Shown: positions 16,686 to 26,184 of the stretch, piece by piece
Position numbering within the stretch: the stretch's first letter is position 1
How the letters are laid out: every line of letters begins with the position of its first letter
Notes under the pieces: generated by a model
What the model was told of the DNA's origin: nothing
Databases searched by the model: none
Seen by the model: only the letters and a program-made list of their open reading frames with translations
From: a virus
Lineage: Duplodnaviria > Caudoviricetes
Reading direction: 5' to 3' (one strand)
Virus record (IMG/VR): IMGVR_UViG_3300030397_000728
Span: 1-42,116 of that record
DNA: 42,116 bases
Program-made: the position numbers and the translations under genes

Positions 16686-17390
16686 ATGACTTTACAAATC
16701 AAAGACGATAAAGCCCGTGAATGGGTTCGTTCTGGTGCGCCTTCAAACGCATTGGATTATTTAGGCGATACTGTTAAAAGTATGGCTGAATTTGCAGAAA
16801 CAAATGATATTCTGCATAAAGATGAAGGAGAAACAGACGTGGAAGTTAATGATGTCGCTAAAGATAATGTAGATGTAGAGCAAGGTTCAGATACAAATAT
16901 TGTTGAAAATTCAGACACAACTGCTAATACAGATACAGAAGGTTCTAATACTGATGAAACTGCTGAAGAAAACAATGAGGAAAATGATAATCAACCCTCA
17001 AGTACAGAGACTAATCCAGATATTCTCGCTGCTTTCAGTAAAAGTCTGAACGATACAATTGCAGTTGCTATTCAAACTTACCACGATGAGGTTGTAGTCC
17101 CATTACAAAAAGCACTTGAAGCATTTTCTAATGGTACTCAGAAGGCTCAATCGGCAGGTGGACATCCAAATAGTATGTTTGAGCATTTATTGGGAGAAGA
17201 TTGGCTTCCTGCTAGTGTAATGGCAAATACAATTAAGGAACAATTTGCTGCATCTGATACTTCAGATGGAGATGAAACAGTAACCGATAGTCAAGTAAAA
17301 GAATCTGCTGCGGCTGTCGATGAAGTATTAAGCAATGGCGAGGGTAGTGGTAAATACAATGTCCCTGGTCATTTATTCAATGACTTTTAA
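16686..17390 (+). CDS. Capsid scaffolding protein (putative)
   Basis: Acidic, low complexity, directly upstream of capsid gene. Confidence 0.6.
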   Translation: MTLQIKDDKAREWVRSGAPSNALDYLGDTVKSMAEFAETNDILHKDEGETDVEVNDVAKDNVDVEQGSDTNIVENSDTTANTDTEGSNTDETAEENNEENDNQPSSTETNPDILAAFSKSLNDTIAVAIQTYHDEVVVPLQKALEAFSNGTQKAQSAGGHPNSMFEHLLGEDWLPASVMANTIKEQFAASDTSDGDETVTDSQVKESAAAVDEVLSNGEGSGKYNVPGHLFNDF

Positions 17391-17410
17391 TTAAAGGAGT
17401 AATACCAATA

Positions 17411-18892
17411 ATGGCTAACGTTTACAAGTCAGCTACTCAGGAAGTACCAGGAACAGGAAAATCACTAGCTAGTGTTTATAAAGAACAAACTTTTGCTGGA
17501 TTAACCTTACCGCCCTCATCTTTGCTAAAACACGATTTAGCTGCTGTTACTAATCAAATGCAGTTGTACTTTGATACTAATGGGCTTTTTGCGGACCCTT
17601 GTCTCGATAGGCCAGTTCTTAATACAACGCTTTTACCTATGAATTCTGTTGGAAATTCGATTCCTGTGCGTCCATCGAATTTTGAATTAACTCGTTGGAG
17701 CTTTTTAACTGCTCTAGGCGATACTCTTGTTGGTTCACGTCCAGATAATCCCTGTGACCCTTCTCCCGTAGGTGGCGACCAGACTGCCTGTTACATGGAG
17801 TGTACTAAAGGACGTGATAGTATCGCTACTAAAACTGGTGAGTTGGACGCTTTAGTTAATCTGGCATGTCGGGGCGTTCAGGATGACTTGTTCTTCCTTG
17901 GTGACGTTCGTGGTGTTTCTGCTGTAGTAGGAAACGATATGTTAGGTAATGCAGATTACGTTCGTATGGGTGCTGTAAGACGTGCAATGGTTGACGCTGG
18001 ACGTAGACTTCAGTTCGACATCATGCAGCAACTATGGACTGGCGACCCTGCAAACGATACTGCTAATGGTGGTTACAAGGAATTTCGTGGTTTGTTAGGG
18101 CAAATTGCTGACGACTACGATACTCCTGCAAATCACCCTGGTCTTTCTGGTAACAACTGTGAAAAGCTCAATAGTTGTGTACTAGATTTCGGTGATAATT
18201 GTATTGGTGGTGGTACTGCTATTTATCCATATCTTCAAGCTATGGAAGCAGATTTATTCGCCAAAGCACAAATGAGTGGATACAATTCTGTTGATTGGCG
18301 TGTTGTAATGCATCGTCGTCACTGGGAAGAACTTGTAAAAGTTCTGCCTTGTGAAGTAATGAGTGATAACTGTATTGCTCCAACTGTTCAACCTGGGCCT
18401 GGGGGTAATCTTGCTCCAATCCAAATCAGTGTTGATAGTAATGGACAAATTATGATTCGTCAGCAAATGCAACGTGATATGACTATTAGTATTAATGGGC
18501 GTATTTATCCTGTATTGCTGGATGACACTCTACCTATTACAGAAAGTGCTGGTTCACCTGGACAGTACTCAGGCTCAATCTTTATCATTCCCTGGTCAAT
18601 TAACGGTACTCAGACTCTTTATTGGGAACATAAAGATTACAGTGCATTTGAGCGTGAGTTATCTCCGCTTCCTGGTACTTGGGCAGATATGTTAGGTTTC
18701 AGTGATGGTGGACGATTCCATTGGGTTATGAAGTTTAATGGACGTTGTTTTGAATTAGATGTTAAAACAGAACTGTGTCTTGTTTTCAAAGCTCCAAATA
18801 TGGCTGCACGTTTAGATAACGTTCTGGCTTGCCCAATTGGTTGCGTATCATTCCCAGATGCTTCACAATTCCAACCAATTCCTGTTGCATAA
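17411..18892 (+). CDS. Major capsid protein (Cys-rich)
   Basis: Position, strong RBS, terminator after; QLWTGD...EFRGLL HK97-fold motif. Confidence 0.85.
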   Translation: MANVYKSATQEVPGTGKSLASVYKEQTFAGLTLPPSSLLKHDLAAVTNQMQLYFDTNGLFADPCLDRPVLNTTLLPMNSVGNSIPVRPSNFELTRWSFLTALGDTLVGSRPDNPCDPSPVGGDQTACYMECTKGRDSIATKTGELDALVNLACRGVQDDLFFLGDVRGVSAVVGNDMLGNADYVRMGAVRRAMVDAGRRLQFDIMQQLWTGDPANDTANGGYKEFRGLLGQIADDYDTPANHPGLSGNNCEKLNSCVLDFGDNCIGGGTAIYPYLQAMEADLFAKAQMSGYNSVDWRVVMHRRHWEELVKVLPCEVMSDNCIAPTVQPGPGGNLAPIQISVDSNGQIMIRQQMQRDMTISINGRIYPVLLDDTLPITESAGSPGQYSGSIFIIPWSINGTQTLYWEHKDYSAFERELSPLPGTWADMLGFSDGGRFHWVMKFNGRCFELDVKTELCLVFKAPNMAARLDNVLACPIGCVSFPDASQFQPIPVA

Positions 18893-18926
18893 GTTGTCTG
18901 ATGAGCATCTCCACCTAAAGGTGGTA

Positions 18927-18962
18927 AAACCTCCTTTGAAAATTCAAGGGAGGTTTATTTTA
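18927..18962 (+). terminator. Terminator after capsid gene
   Basis: AAACCTCCTTTGAA-AA-TTCAAGGGAGGTTT-ATTTT. Confidence 0.8.
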
Positions 18963-18982
18963 TCATATGAATTGGAGTATTA

Positions 18983-19141
18983 ATGTCTAATAGAAAAATT
19001 GATAAAGTTTGGCAGATGTATCGAAATTCTGTAGCTATTAAAGAATATAGAAATAAATCTTTGTCTGAATTATCTGATAGTATAGGTTGGGTAGCTACTC
19101 TAAATTATATCAATGAGATTATAGAAAAGGAGACACAATAA
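18983..19141 (+). CDS. Small hypothetical protein (52 aa, MSNRKIDKVWQ...)
   Basis: Translated by hand; GGAG RBS; TAATG overlap with next gene. Confidence 0.6.
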   Translation: MSNRKIDKVWQMYRNSVAIKEYRNKSLSELSDSIGWVATLNYINEIIEKETQ

Positions 19142-19818
19142 TGGCACGTTGTACTAGATGCACAAAAAATAGTGGTAAATTTCAGCAATTAGCACAAGCA
19201 ACTGTTTCATTAAGAGATAAAGAAATTGATTTTGAAAATGACGATGATTTCAAGTTAATTACTTTTAATTCCGCAGGAACTTATACTCGTATAGTTACAA
19301 GTCCAACAAAAGTATTATCTGAGTATGGACTTAAGAATTATGGTATGAGAAAACCAGGAAGACAATTTTATGTTCATGTTTTAGACATTGAGCATTCACC
19401 ACATCTATTTACTGTTGTTGTACCAGAAACACCTTCGTACTCTAACACTCTAAAATATTTAGCTGAACAAGGTGAAATTAATTTTGAAGATATACCTAGA
19501 TTTGAGGAAAAAGTTTTACAATTAATTTCAGAAGGTAAATTAGATTCGGCAGATTCAAATACTCAGTATAAATTGGAATATTTCTTACAACTTATAAATA
19601 CTCCTGAAGAGATACAATCTGAATCTGTTGAAAAAATTGATATTACTGAAAACCCACCTATAAGAAATTCTGTACCACACACAGCTTTTGCAAGTCAACA
19701 CGAAGTACATCATCTCAAGGTTTTTAATGCATATAAAAAAGGTATATTAGAAGGCTTTGAAAATCCAGATGACGAAGGTAAGGTTTATATTTACGAAGAC
19801 CAGACTTTACCTGAATAA
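19141..19818 (+). CDS. Hypothetical protein, N-terminal CxxC; paralogue of 20623..20946
   Basis: MARCTRCTK; DFKL..YG.RK.G..VH..D.E shared. Confidence 0.75.
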   Translation: MARCTRCTKNSGKFQQLAQATVSLRDKEIDFENDDDFKLITFNSAGTYTRIVTSPTKVLSEYGLKNYGMRKPGRQFYVHVLDIEHSPHLFTVVVPETPSYSNTLKYLAEQGEINFEDIPRFEEKVLQLISEGKLDSADSNTQYKLEYFLQLINTPEEIQSESVEKIDITENPPIRNSVPHTAFASQHEVHHLKVFNAYKKGILEGFENPDDEGKVYIYEDQTLPE

Positions 19819-19856
19819 ATAGGAAGCCTAACTGAAAATGGACATACTAAAGAAAT

Positions 19857-20564
19857 ATGAAGAAGTTGATGTTAGATACCCTCAAGTATATGTGTTTTCA
19901 AGGCTATAATGAGGAAGAAGAAATTACCGTGGCAGACGATATTAGAGTATTACTCGTAGTAGTAACATCTCCTGATATTAGCTGGTCTACTGAAATAGAG
20001 AACATTACAAGATTTGTACACTGTACTGTTGTATCTGGTGAAAACATTTCTTGGGATAGAATACAAAATTCTGTTCGTGATGAAGAAGTTGATATTATAC
20101 ATTTTGCTTGCCACTCTGATGAAAATGGTATTAACTTAAATAGTGAAATAATTGAACCTACTAGATTACTAGGATTATGTAAAAATAGTAATTGTAAATT
20201 AGTGTTTTTTTCATCATGCAGTTCAATTAGATTAGGGCAAATGTTGATAGAAGAAGGTGTACCAACAACAATCAGTTACGTAAAACAGATAAGTGATACA
20301 CGAGCATTATCAATCGCTACTGATTTCTATCAAGCGTTAAATCGTGGTGATTCTCTAAAACATGCATATAACAATATCAATCCTAGTACAGGTGAGTTAA
20401 TATGGTTATCTAATGGTAGATACGCTGAAACCGAAGCAAATGAGCTAATGCTAGAAGTTCGTACTGTTGGACAATTAATTTTGTGGTGGATACGCTCAAT
20501 ATTTTTTGGTGGTATATTTTGGTTTCTTCTATTTCTTTATTTTTGGCTAAGTATACCTTTTTGA
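19857..20564 (+). CDS. CHAT-domain (caspase-like) protease with C-terminal TM helix
   Basis: VDIIHFACHS and LVFFSSCSS dyad motifs, ISD..A...A.DFYQAL..G.SL..AY; start may be GTG at 19929. Confidence 0.8.
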   Translation: MKKLMLDTLKYMCFQGYNEEEEITVADDIRVLLVVVTSPDISWSTEIENITRFVHCTVVSGENISWDRIQNSVRDEEVDIIHFACHSDENGINLNSEIIEPTRLLGLCKNSNCKLVFFSSCSSIRLGQMLIEEGVPTTISYVKQISDTRALSIATDFYQALNRGDSLKHAYNNINPSTGELIWLSNGRYAETEANELMLEVRTVGQLILWWIRSIFFGGIFWFLLFLYFWLSIPF

Positions 20565-20622
20565 CTTACAAGGCTTAGACTATGATAAGATTCAAAAAGA
20601 AATCAAATAAATTGGGGGCTTA

Positions 20623-20946
20623 ATGGCTAAGTGTTCAAGTTGTACAAAAAAGCGAGTGAGCCGAGGAAACTCCAATATTAGCTCGGTTGTTATTTCACAA
20701 AATCAAAGCGGGGTTAGCATTTTGAATGCACAAGATTTCAAACTAGTTTATTACATTGGTACTGATGATGTTGATGTACCAAGTACACAAGATGGAATCA
20801 AGTATGGTAAGCGAAAATATGGGCAAAGGACTATGGTACATATTGATGATTTAGAAAATAATTCTGATATTTGGGCTGTAGAAATGAAATTGCCAATAGC
20901 TGAATTAATTGAAGAAGGTAGCGAAACTGAAAATGGTGAAGAATAA
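20623..20946 (+). CDS. Hypothetical protein, N-terminal CxxC; paralogue of 19141..19818
   Basis: MAKCSSCTKK and shared motif. Confidence 0.75.
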   Translation: MAKCSSCTKKRVSRGNSNISSVVISQNQSGVSILNAQDFKLVYYIGTDDVDVPSTQDGIKYGKRKYGQRTMVHIDDLENNSDIWAVEMKLPIAELIEEGSETENGEE

Positions 20947-21338
20947 TGGAAGAATTATTTATATTGATATTTTGGATAATTATTTCTGTTTTTTCTACAC
21001 TTAGGGTTACACAGCTTTTACACGAAGAAGATGGGCCATTTAATTTTCTTCAACATATTCGAGATGTATTGGGAGCATCTGAATTTGTAAAATTATCTGA
21101 AGAAGAACAAAATGAAATATTAGCTGAATTAAACCTCGAAGAGGATGACGAGCTACCCCTATATAATCTTAATACAGTTGCAGGAAATTTATTTGAATGT
21201 ATTCGTTGTCTTTCTTTTTGGATTGCGATTCCTCACGTATTAATATTATTTCTTTCAATTGGTTTTAACATCGTTTTCATCCCTATCTTGACGTTAGCAA
21301 TAAGTGCGATGGTTGTTAAAATATATGAAGCAACTTAA
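20946..21338 (+). CDS. DUF1360-like membrane protein
   Basis: RVTQLL..EDGPF...IR and LFECIRCLSFW motifs, 3 hydrophobic segments. Confidence 0.7.
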   Translation: MEELFILIFWIIISVFSTLRVTQLLHEEDGPFNFLQHIRDVLGASEFVKLSEEEQNEILAELNLEEDDELPLYNLNTVAGNLFECIRCLSFWIAIPHVLILFLSIGFNIVFIPILTLAISAMVVKIYEAT

Positions 21339-21366
21339 TCCACTATAAATGAAATAGGAGAAAACT

Positions 21367-22872
21367 ATGGTTTCATTGAACCCTGCGGTTACAGGCCAGG
21401 GGAGAACTTTTATTAACACTGATGGTGCGGGATGTGGTAATAGTTTTTCGTACTTAGGGTGTTATAAGGTTGATTCACTCGAACAATCTTTGGGTGATAT
21501 TACAAGTATTTACTGTCCAAGTGATGAACAGTATGATGCATTTGTAGAAGTTGCATCAATTCGTGGAGCAGATTCACGATGGACATCAACATTAACTGGA
21601 ACACTTCCAGTTGATACAGAAACTGAATTAGAAAAAATACGTAGAAGAGGATGTTCTTTTAATCTACAAGTTCATTTTGGTGCTTGTAACAGGCCAGATG
21701 ATTTCAGTTCATTTAACAGTGCAATCGTACTTCAAGATGTACGATTAACGAATTATAATTTAAGTTCGTTGACTGCATTATCTCCTGATGAAAGAGCAGC
21801 AGTTTCAGAAACCGCTTCAATTTCGGCAGGTTCTGCTTATAGAGTTTTTCCTCTTGAATATAGTGTTACAGCTACTAATGTTGCAACTACAGGAGCAATT
21901 GTAGGTGTAACAATTTGTGACTCTATTAGATGTGGTACTTTATGTAATGCTGTCGGCCCATCTGATGGATGTGAACGTGTCTATGCTCTTAATATTATTG
22001 AGGGAAGCGTACCTAGCCTAATCTTTACAGTTGATGGTGGGCTTCTATGGGAACAACGAGATACTGATTTACCTGTAAGTAATGCTTTACCAAATACCAA
22101 CTTTGGAGATTTTTCAGTTAAATGTGTCGATGGTTCTTTATGGTTAAGTGTCTATGATGGTACAGATTCTAGTGTTTATATCATAGACCCTGAAGGTGTC
22201 GAGTTAACTGCAAGTAATTTCAGTTCTGTTACAGTTGGTACTTTATCTAATGTCATTGTACGAGATATGGACTTAGGTTCCAATAATGTTTACGTTGTTG
22301 GTAGTGCCAATGGTGGTGGTTCATATATTGCAGCTATTGATAAAACAAGTCAAGTAATAACTGTAATAGATGATTCAGTTTTATCATTAACAATCAATTT
22401 CTTATCAGTTGATGCTATAGATGATAATGTAGTGTTAATTGGTGGTACAGATGGCAGAGTTGCATTTTCTAGTGTTGAGGGTTCTTTTACATTAAGCCAA
22501 ATAGTAGTTAATGGTGTTAATGTAACTGATGACGTTAATGATGTACATCTTATTGATGATACAAACTGGCTTGTCGAAGCAGGAGGTTCAATTTACTGTA
22601 CAGGTAACAGAGGAACAACTTGGACTCAGTTGTTAGCTACAGGTAATTCTGGTAAATTCTCGTTTTACGATAATGTATTAGGTTTTTTCCAGAATAGCAA
22701 TAACATTTACAGAACAATGGATGGAGGAAATTCTTGGGATTCGGTTGCAACGATTAGTGGTGTAGCCCCAGGTAATGCAATTGTATGTGCTAATAATCCG
22801 AATGTGTATTACTCTGCTGGTGGTAATTTAGACGCCGATACTCCGTTTATTATTAGGGGTGTATCTACATAA
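21367..22872 (+). CDS. Putative tail tube protein fused to Asp-box beta-propeller (paralogue 1)
   Basis: N-terminal 160-aa domain shared by three genes; TVDGGLLW, TGNRGTTW, TMDGGNSW Asp-boxes. Confidence 0.65.
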   Translation: MVSLNPAVTGQGRTFINTDGAGCGNSFSYLGCYKVDSLEQSLGDITSIYCPSDEQYDAFVEVASIRGADSRWTSTLTGTLPVDTETELEKIRRRGCSFNLQVHFGACNRPDDFSSFNSAIVLQDVRLTNYNLSSLTALSPDERAAVSETASISAGSAYRVFPLEYSVTATNVATTGAIVGVTICDSIRCGTLCNAVGPSDGCERVYALNIIEGSVPSLIFTVDGGLLWEQRDTDLPVSNALPNTNFGDFSVKCVDGSLWLSVYDGTDSSVYIIDPEGVELTASNFSSVTVGTLSNVIVRDMDLGSNNVYVVGSANGGGSYIAAIDKTSQVITVIDDSVLSLTINFLSVDAIDDNVVLIGGTDGRVAFSSVEGSFTLSQIVVNGVNVTDDVNDVHLIDDTNWLVEAGGSIYCTGNRGTTWTQLLATGNSGKFSFYDNVLGFFQNSNNIYRTMDGGNSWDSVATISGVAPGNAIVCANNPNVYYSAGGNLDADTPFIIRGVST

Positions 22873-22894
22873 CATTTAAGGAACGGAGAAAGAG

Positions 22895-23155
22895 ATGGTT
22901 TATAAAGAATTTAATGGTAAAATTCATTTGGTTCCTAATTATAAAATAGAGAATCCTGATGAATGGCCTGAAGTAATTCTTCCATTGTCTGAGCTTTCTG
23001 CACAAGATTGGGAAACCTTTGCAGAAAAGATTCACGAACAGATGTTAGCAATTTACAATGGTAAGAATGAAGGTGAGTTAACAAAACAAGTTGTTATTCA
23101 ACGTTTACAACGGACACTTATTGTGTTCCTAAATTCCCTATGGAGTAATAAATAA
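22895..23155 (+). CDS. Hypothetical protein
   Basis: GGAG RBS; operon packing. Confidence 0.7.
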   Translation: MVYKEFNGKIHLVPNYKIENPDEWPEVILPLSELSAQDWETFAEKIHEQMLAIYNGKNEGELTKQVVIQRLQRTLIVFLNSLWSNK

Positions 23156-23157
23156 AC

Positions 23158-24645
23158 ATGGCAAATTTCAGAACTAATATTGCAAGAAGCGATTTAGCCA
23201 GAGCGTGGATTTTTGAAAACGGTTTTCAAAATTGCAATAATAACCCAGAGTATGTCCCTTGTATGAGTTTTGATTCTCTTACTCAGGATGCAGGTGACAG
23301 AACAAGAATTGAATGCCCAGACCCTTATAAATACGGTTCTTTCATAGAAGTTGGAACAATTCCTGGTGAAATCAGTCGTTTAACCACAACGCTTACTAGT
23401 CGTATGACTCGTGATTCACTATCATCTTTCCGTAGATATTTTAATCAGCAATGTTCTTTAGATATTGAATTAGTATTCGGGCTTTGTGAGCGCCCTAATA
23501 TTTACGGAGCTTTCGATAAAATTATTGTATTCGAGGATGTTTTTGTAACATCTTTTGGTACGGACCCGTTATCTGCACTGGCATCTGCTGACAGAGCAGA
23601 AATCAATGAGACTATTGATATTTCTGTAGGTAATATGTATGAAATTGTCAAGGTTGATTATGCACAGCAAGGGATTGTTTCTGCTGCAACATTAGGCCCA
23701 CTGATTGATGGTGTAATCGTAGACGTACAATCTTGTGGTGTTGACTGTAATGATGCAAGCAGTGGTTGTGATAAATTATTTACCATTGATGCTGATGGTG
23801 GTTTACTTTGGACAATTAATGGTGGTGATGATTGGAATACAACTGTAACTACGTTTGTATCAACTGGTGGTACTGGTGTTATTACTGGTATTGACACTTT
23901 AAGAAATTGGGTATGGGCTTATAACACTGAAGGTGAAATCGCTTTTTCAAGTGATTATGGGATTCGTACTGGACAAACCAATAAAGTCATTACTGGGTTG
24001 AGTACGGCTGGTGCAGACCAGGATGCTGGTTGGGAATATGGCTTAGTGGTTGGTTCTGCTGGATTTATTGGATACATTACTAATCCAGGGCTTGGTTTCC
24101 AACGTGTAATTGACCCGATTACCGCCAATGACTTAGCTGTAGTTAGAATCGGTGTATACGATGAAAATCGTGATTTTGCACTAGCAGGTGGTGCAGCAGG
24201 TACTATTCTTTACAGTGAAGATGGTGAGAATTGGGCAACAAGTCCAACTGCTCCAACAGCAAATGCTATTGTTGCAGTGTATCCAAAGACTCCACTTAAT
24301 TGGTTAGTAGCTACTGCAACTGAAGTTTTCTGTACAGATGACGGTGGACAAAACTGGTCTGCGAACACATTACCATGTCCTGTAACAGCAGTTCATGATA
24401 TTCAACGTGGCGCTGGACGTGCTGTTCTTTGGTTGACTGCTACAGATTCTTCTGCTCAAGAATTAATCTTCCGCTCAACAGATGGTGGAAATACTTGGGT
24501 ACAAGAAACTCAAGGTAACAGTAATGCAAATGTTCCTAATGTACCTACATCTAACGCTATTGTTCCTTGTGTAAATAATGTTAATGGCTTATGGATATTT
24601 GGTGATACTGGTGCGGCTGGTGCAATTCTTGCTGGTACTGCATAA
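23158..24645 (+). CDS. Putative tail tube protein fused to Asp-box beta-propeller (paralogue 2, probably the major one)
   Basis: TINGGDDW, SEDGENW, TDDGGQNW, STDGGNTW; followed by a terminator. Confidence 0.7.
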   Translation: MANFRTNIARSDLARAWIFENGFQNCNNNPEYVPCMSFDSLTQDAGDRTRIECPDPYKYGSFIEVGTIPGEISRLTTTLTSRMTRDSLSSFRRYFNQQCSLDIELVFGLCERPNIYGAFDKIIVFEDVFVTSFGTDPLSALASADRAEINETIDISVGNMYEIVKVDYAQQGIVSAATLGPLIDGVIVDVQSCGVDCNDASSGCDKLFTIDADGGLLWTINGGDDWNTTVTTFVSTGGTGVITGIDTLRNWVWAYNTEGEIAFSSDYGIRTGQTNKVITGLSTAGADQDAGWEYGLVVGSAGFIGYITNPGLGFQRVIDPITANDLAVVRIGVYDENRDFALAGGAAGTILYSEDGENWATSPTAPTANAIVAVYPKTPLNWLVATATEVFCTDDGGQNWSANTLPCPVTAVHDIQRGAGRAVLWLTATDSSAQELIFRSTDGGNTWVQETQGNSNANVPNVPTSNAIVPCVNNVNGLWIFGDTGAAGAILAGTA

Positions 24646-24662
24646 GATATAAGTATCCAATT

Positions 24663-24696
24663 AAACTAGAGCTAATATTAGCTCTAGTTTTTTATT
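24663..24696 (+). terminator. Terminator
   Basis: AAACTAGAGCTAAT/ATTAGCTCTAGTTT + T run. Confidence 0.8.
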
Positions 24697-24819
24697 TATA
24701 CAAACGTCTTAAACGCTCTGAGAGGCTCTATTAAGACATGAGATATATAAATAGACTCTTTTTAAGTTAAATGCGCTTAGAAGCCCGTATATCGTGTCTA
24801 AGAGCATTATGGAGACATT

Positions 24820-26175
24820 ATGGCAAGAAGAAAACGGAAAACAATAATTGATTTAGCTGATAATGGATTAGGTAGAGTATTTATTCACCCTTGCTGTATT
24901 GGAGATGTGCAATATAATCCATGTATTTCTGTTGATACAGTTACTGTTAGTAGAGGGACTCCAACTGTTGTATATTGTCCTTCATCTAGTGTAAATGATA
25001 ATTTTGATATTGCTAAAATTATTCCTGGTGGTAAAGGTTTGTATACATCTTCTCTTAACACTCATATGACGATGGATACAATTAATCAATTTAAGAAATT
25101 ATTTGAAGCTAATTGTCCATTCAATATTAGTATCCATTATGGTGGTTGTGACAGTGCAGATGATTTTTACAATTATACTAAAATAATTTTCTTCAAAAAT
25201 GTTACATTAACTGATTACTCAATTGAATCTTTAGTTGCGTTACAAGCTACAGACAGAGCAACTATTAATGAATCAATTAGTATTTCGTTTGAAGAAATGT
25301 TAATTCTAAATATGCCTAATGATTTAACAACATTTACAATTTTCGATACTATTGTTGATTCTTTTATTATTCTTGCTGATAACAGTTGTGCAACCTGTAA
25401 ATCATGTACACTTTGTTTTTGCTCTAATTTGGGTATAATAGTCAATGATTCACAATTAGTAATTTCTTCATGGCAAGATAACAATAATCGATTAATCTTG
25501 GCTAAAAATGATGGTACATTTGATATATTAATAGCGAGTGATTACATTGATAATCAAATTGTTCATAATGTTGGAACTGTATCAGTTACGTTAGATATTG
25601 GAGAATCTGTTACAGTTGGTACATTTAGGAGTGTAGGAACTGATTTTGGTAAATTGTTTTATATTGATGGTAGACAGAAAATTATAACATTATTAGATAC
25701 TAATGGTATACCAATAACATCTATAACTCACAAACCATATGAAAAATTATTAGCTGGTGATGATAATGGAAATTTATATGTAGGTTTCCCAGAAAAATAT
25801 GTTAAACAATTAACAAATTCGCCAACTACTAATAGTATAACTGCTACATCTATTTGTAACGATGATTCTTATATCATAGGTGATGTTACAGGTGCTTTAT
25901 ATTCATCAATTGATGCTGGTGAAACATGGCAACAAATTTTGTATGTTAATGATGGTTCTGCAATACGAAGCATTGAGTGTTGTGATTGTATACAGTTTTT
26001 TATTGGTACAGATACCACTTTGTTTTATTCGACTGATTCATTGAGTACTTTAGAAATAATTAATGAAGATTATACTAATTACAAGCATATTTTGTGTTGT
26101 GACACCACTAATGACGTAATAATCTTGGCAGAAAATGGTACTGATTCTGTTATATTATCTACTAACTTTGAATAA
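24820..26175 (+). CDS. Putative tail tube protein fused to beta-propeller (paralogue 3, divergent)
   Basis: Same N-terminal Cys pattern; SIDAGETW Asp-box. Confidence 0.65.
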   Translation: MARRKRKTIIDLADNGLGRVFIHPCCIGDVQYNPCISVDTVTVSRGTPTVVYCPSSSVNDNFDIAKIIPGGKGLYTSSLNTHMTMDTINQFKKLFEANCPFNISIHYGGCDSADDFYNYTKIIFFKNVTLTDYSIESLVALQATDRATINESISISFEEMLILNMPNDLTTFTIFDTIVDSFIILADNSCATCKSCTLCFCSNLGIIVNDSQLVISSWQDNNNRLILAKNDGTFDILIASDYIDNQIVHNVGTVSVTLDIGESVTVGTFRSVGTDFGKLFYIDGRQKIITLLDTNGIPITSITHKPYEKLLAGDDNGNLYVGFPEKYVKQLTNSPTTNSITATSICNDDSYIIGDVTGALYSSIDAGETWQQILYVNDGSAIRSIECCDCIQFFIGTDTTLFYSTDSLSTLEIINEDYTNYKHILCCDTTNDVIILAENGTDSVILSTNFE

Positions 26176-26184
26176 AGGAGTACA

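Noticed and set aside
18898-18945. CTGATGAG followed by a stem after the capsid gene, resembling a hammerhead ribozyme core
   Set aside because: No GAAA directly closing stem II (TAAAAC instead) and no stems I/III; explained by two hairpins including a terminator
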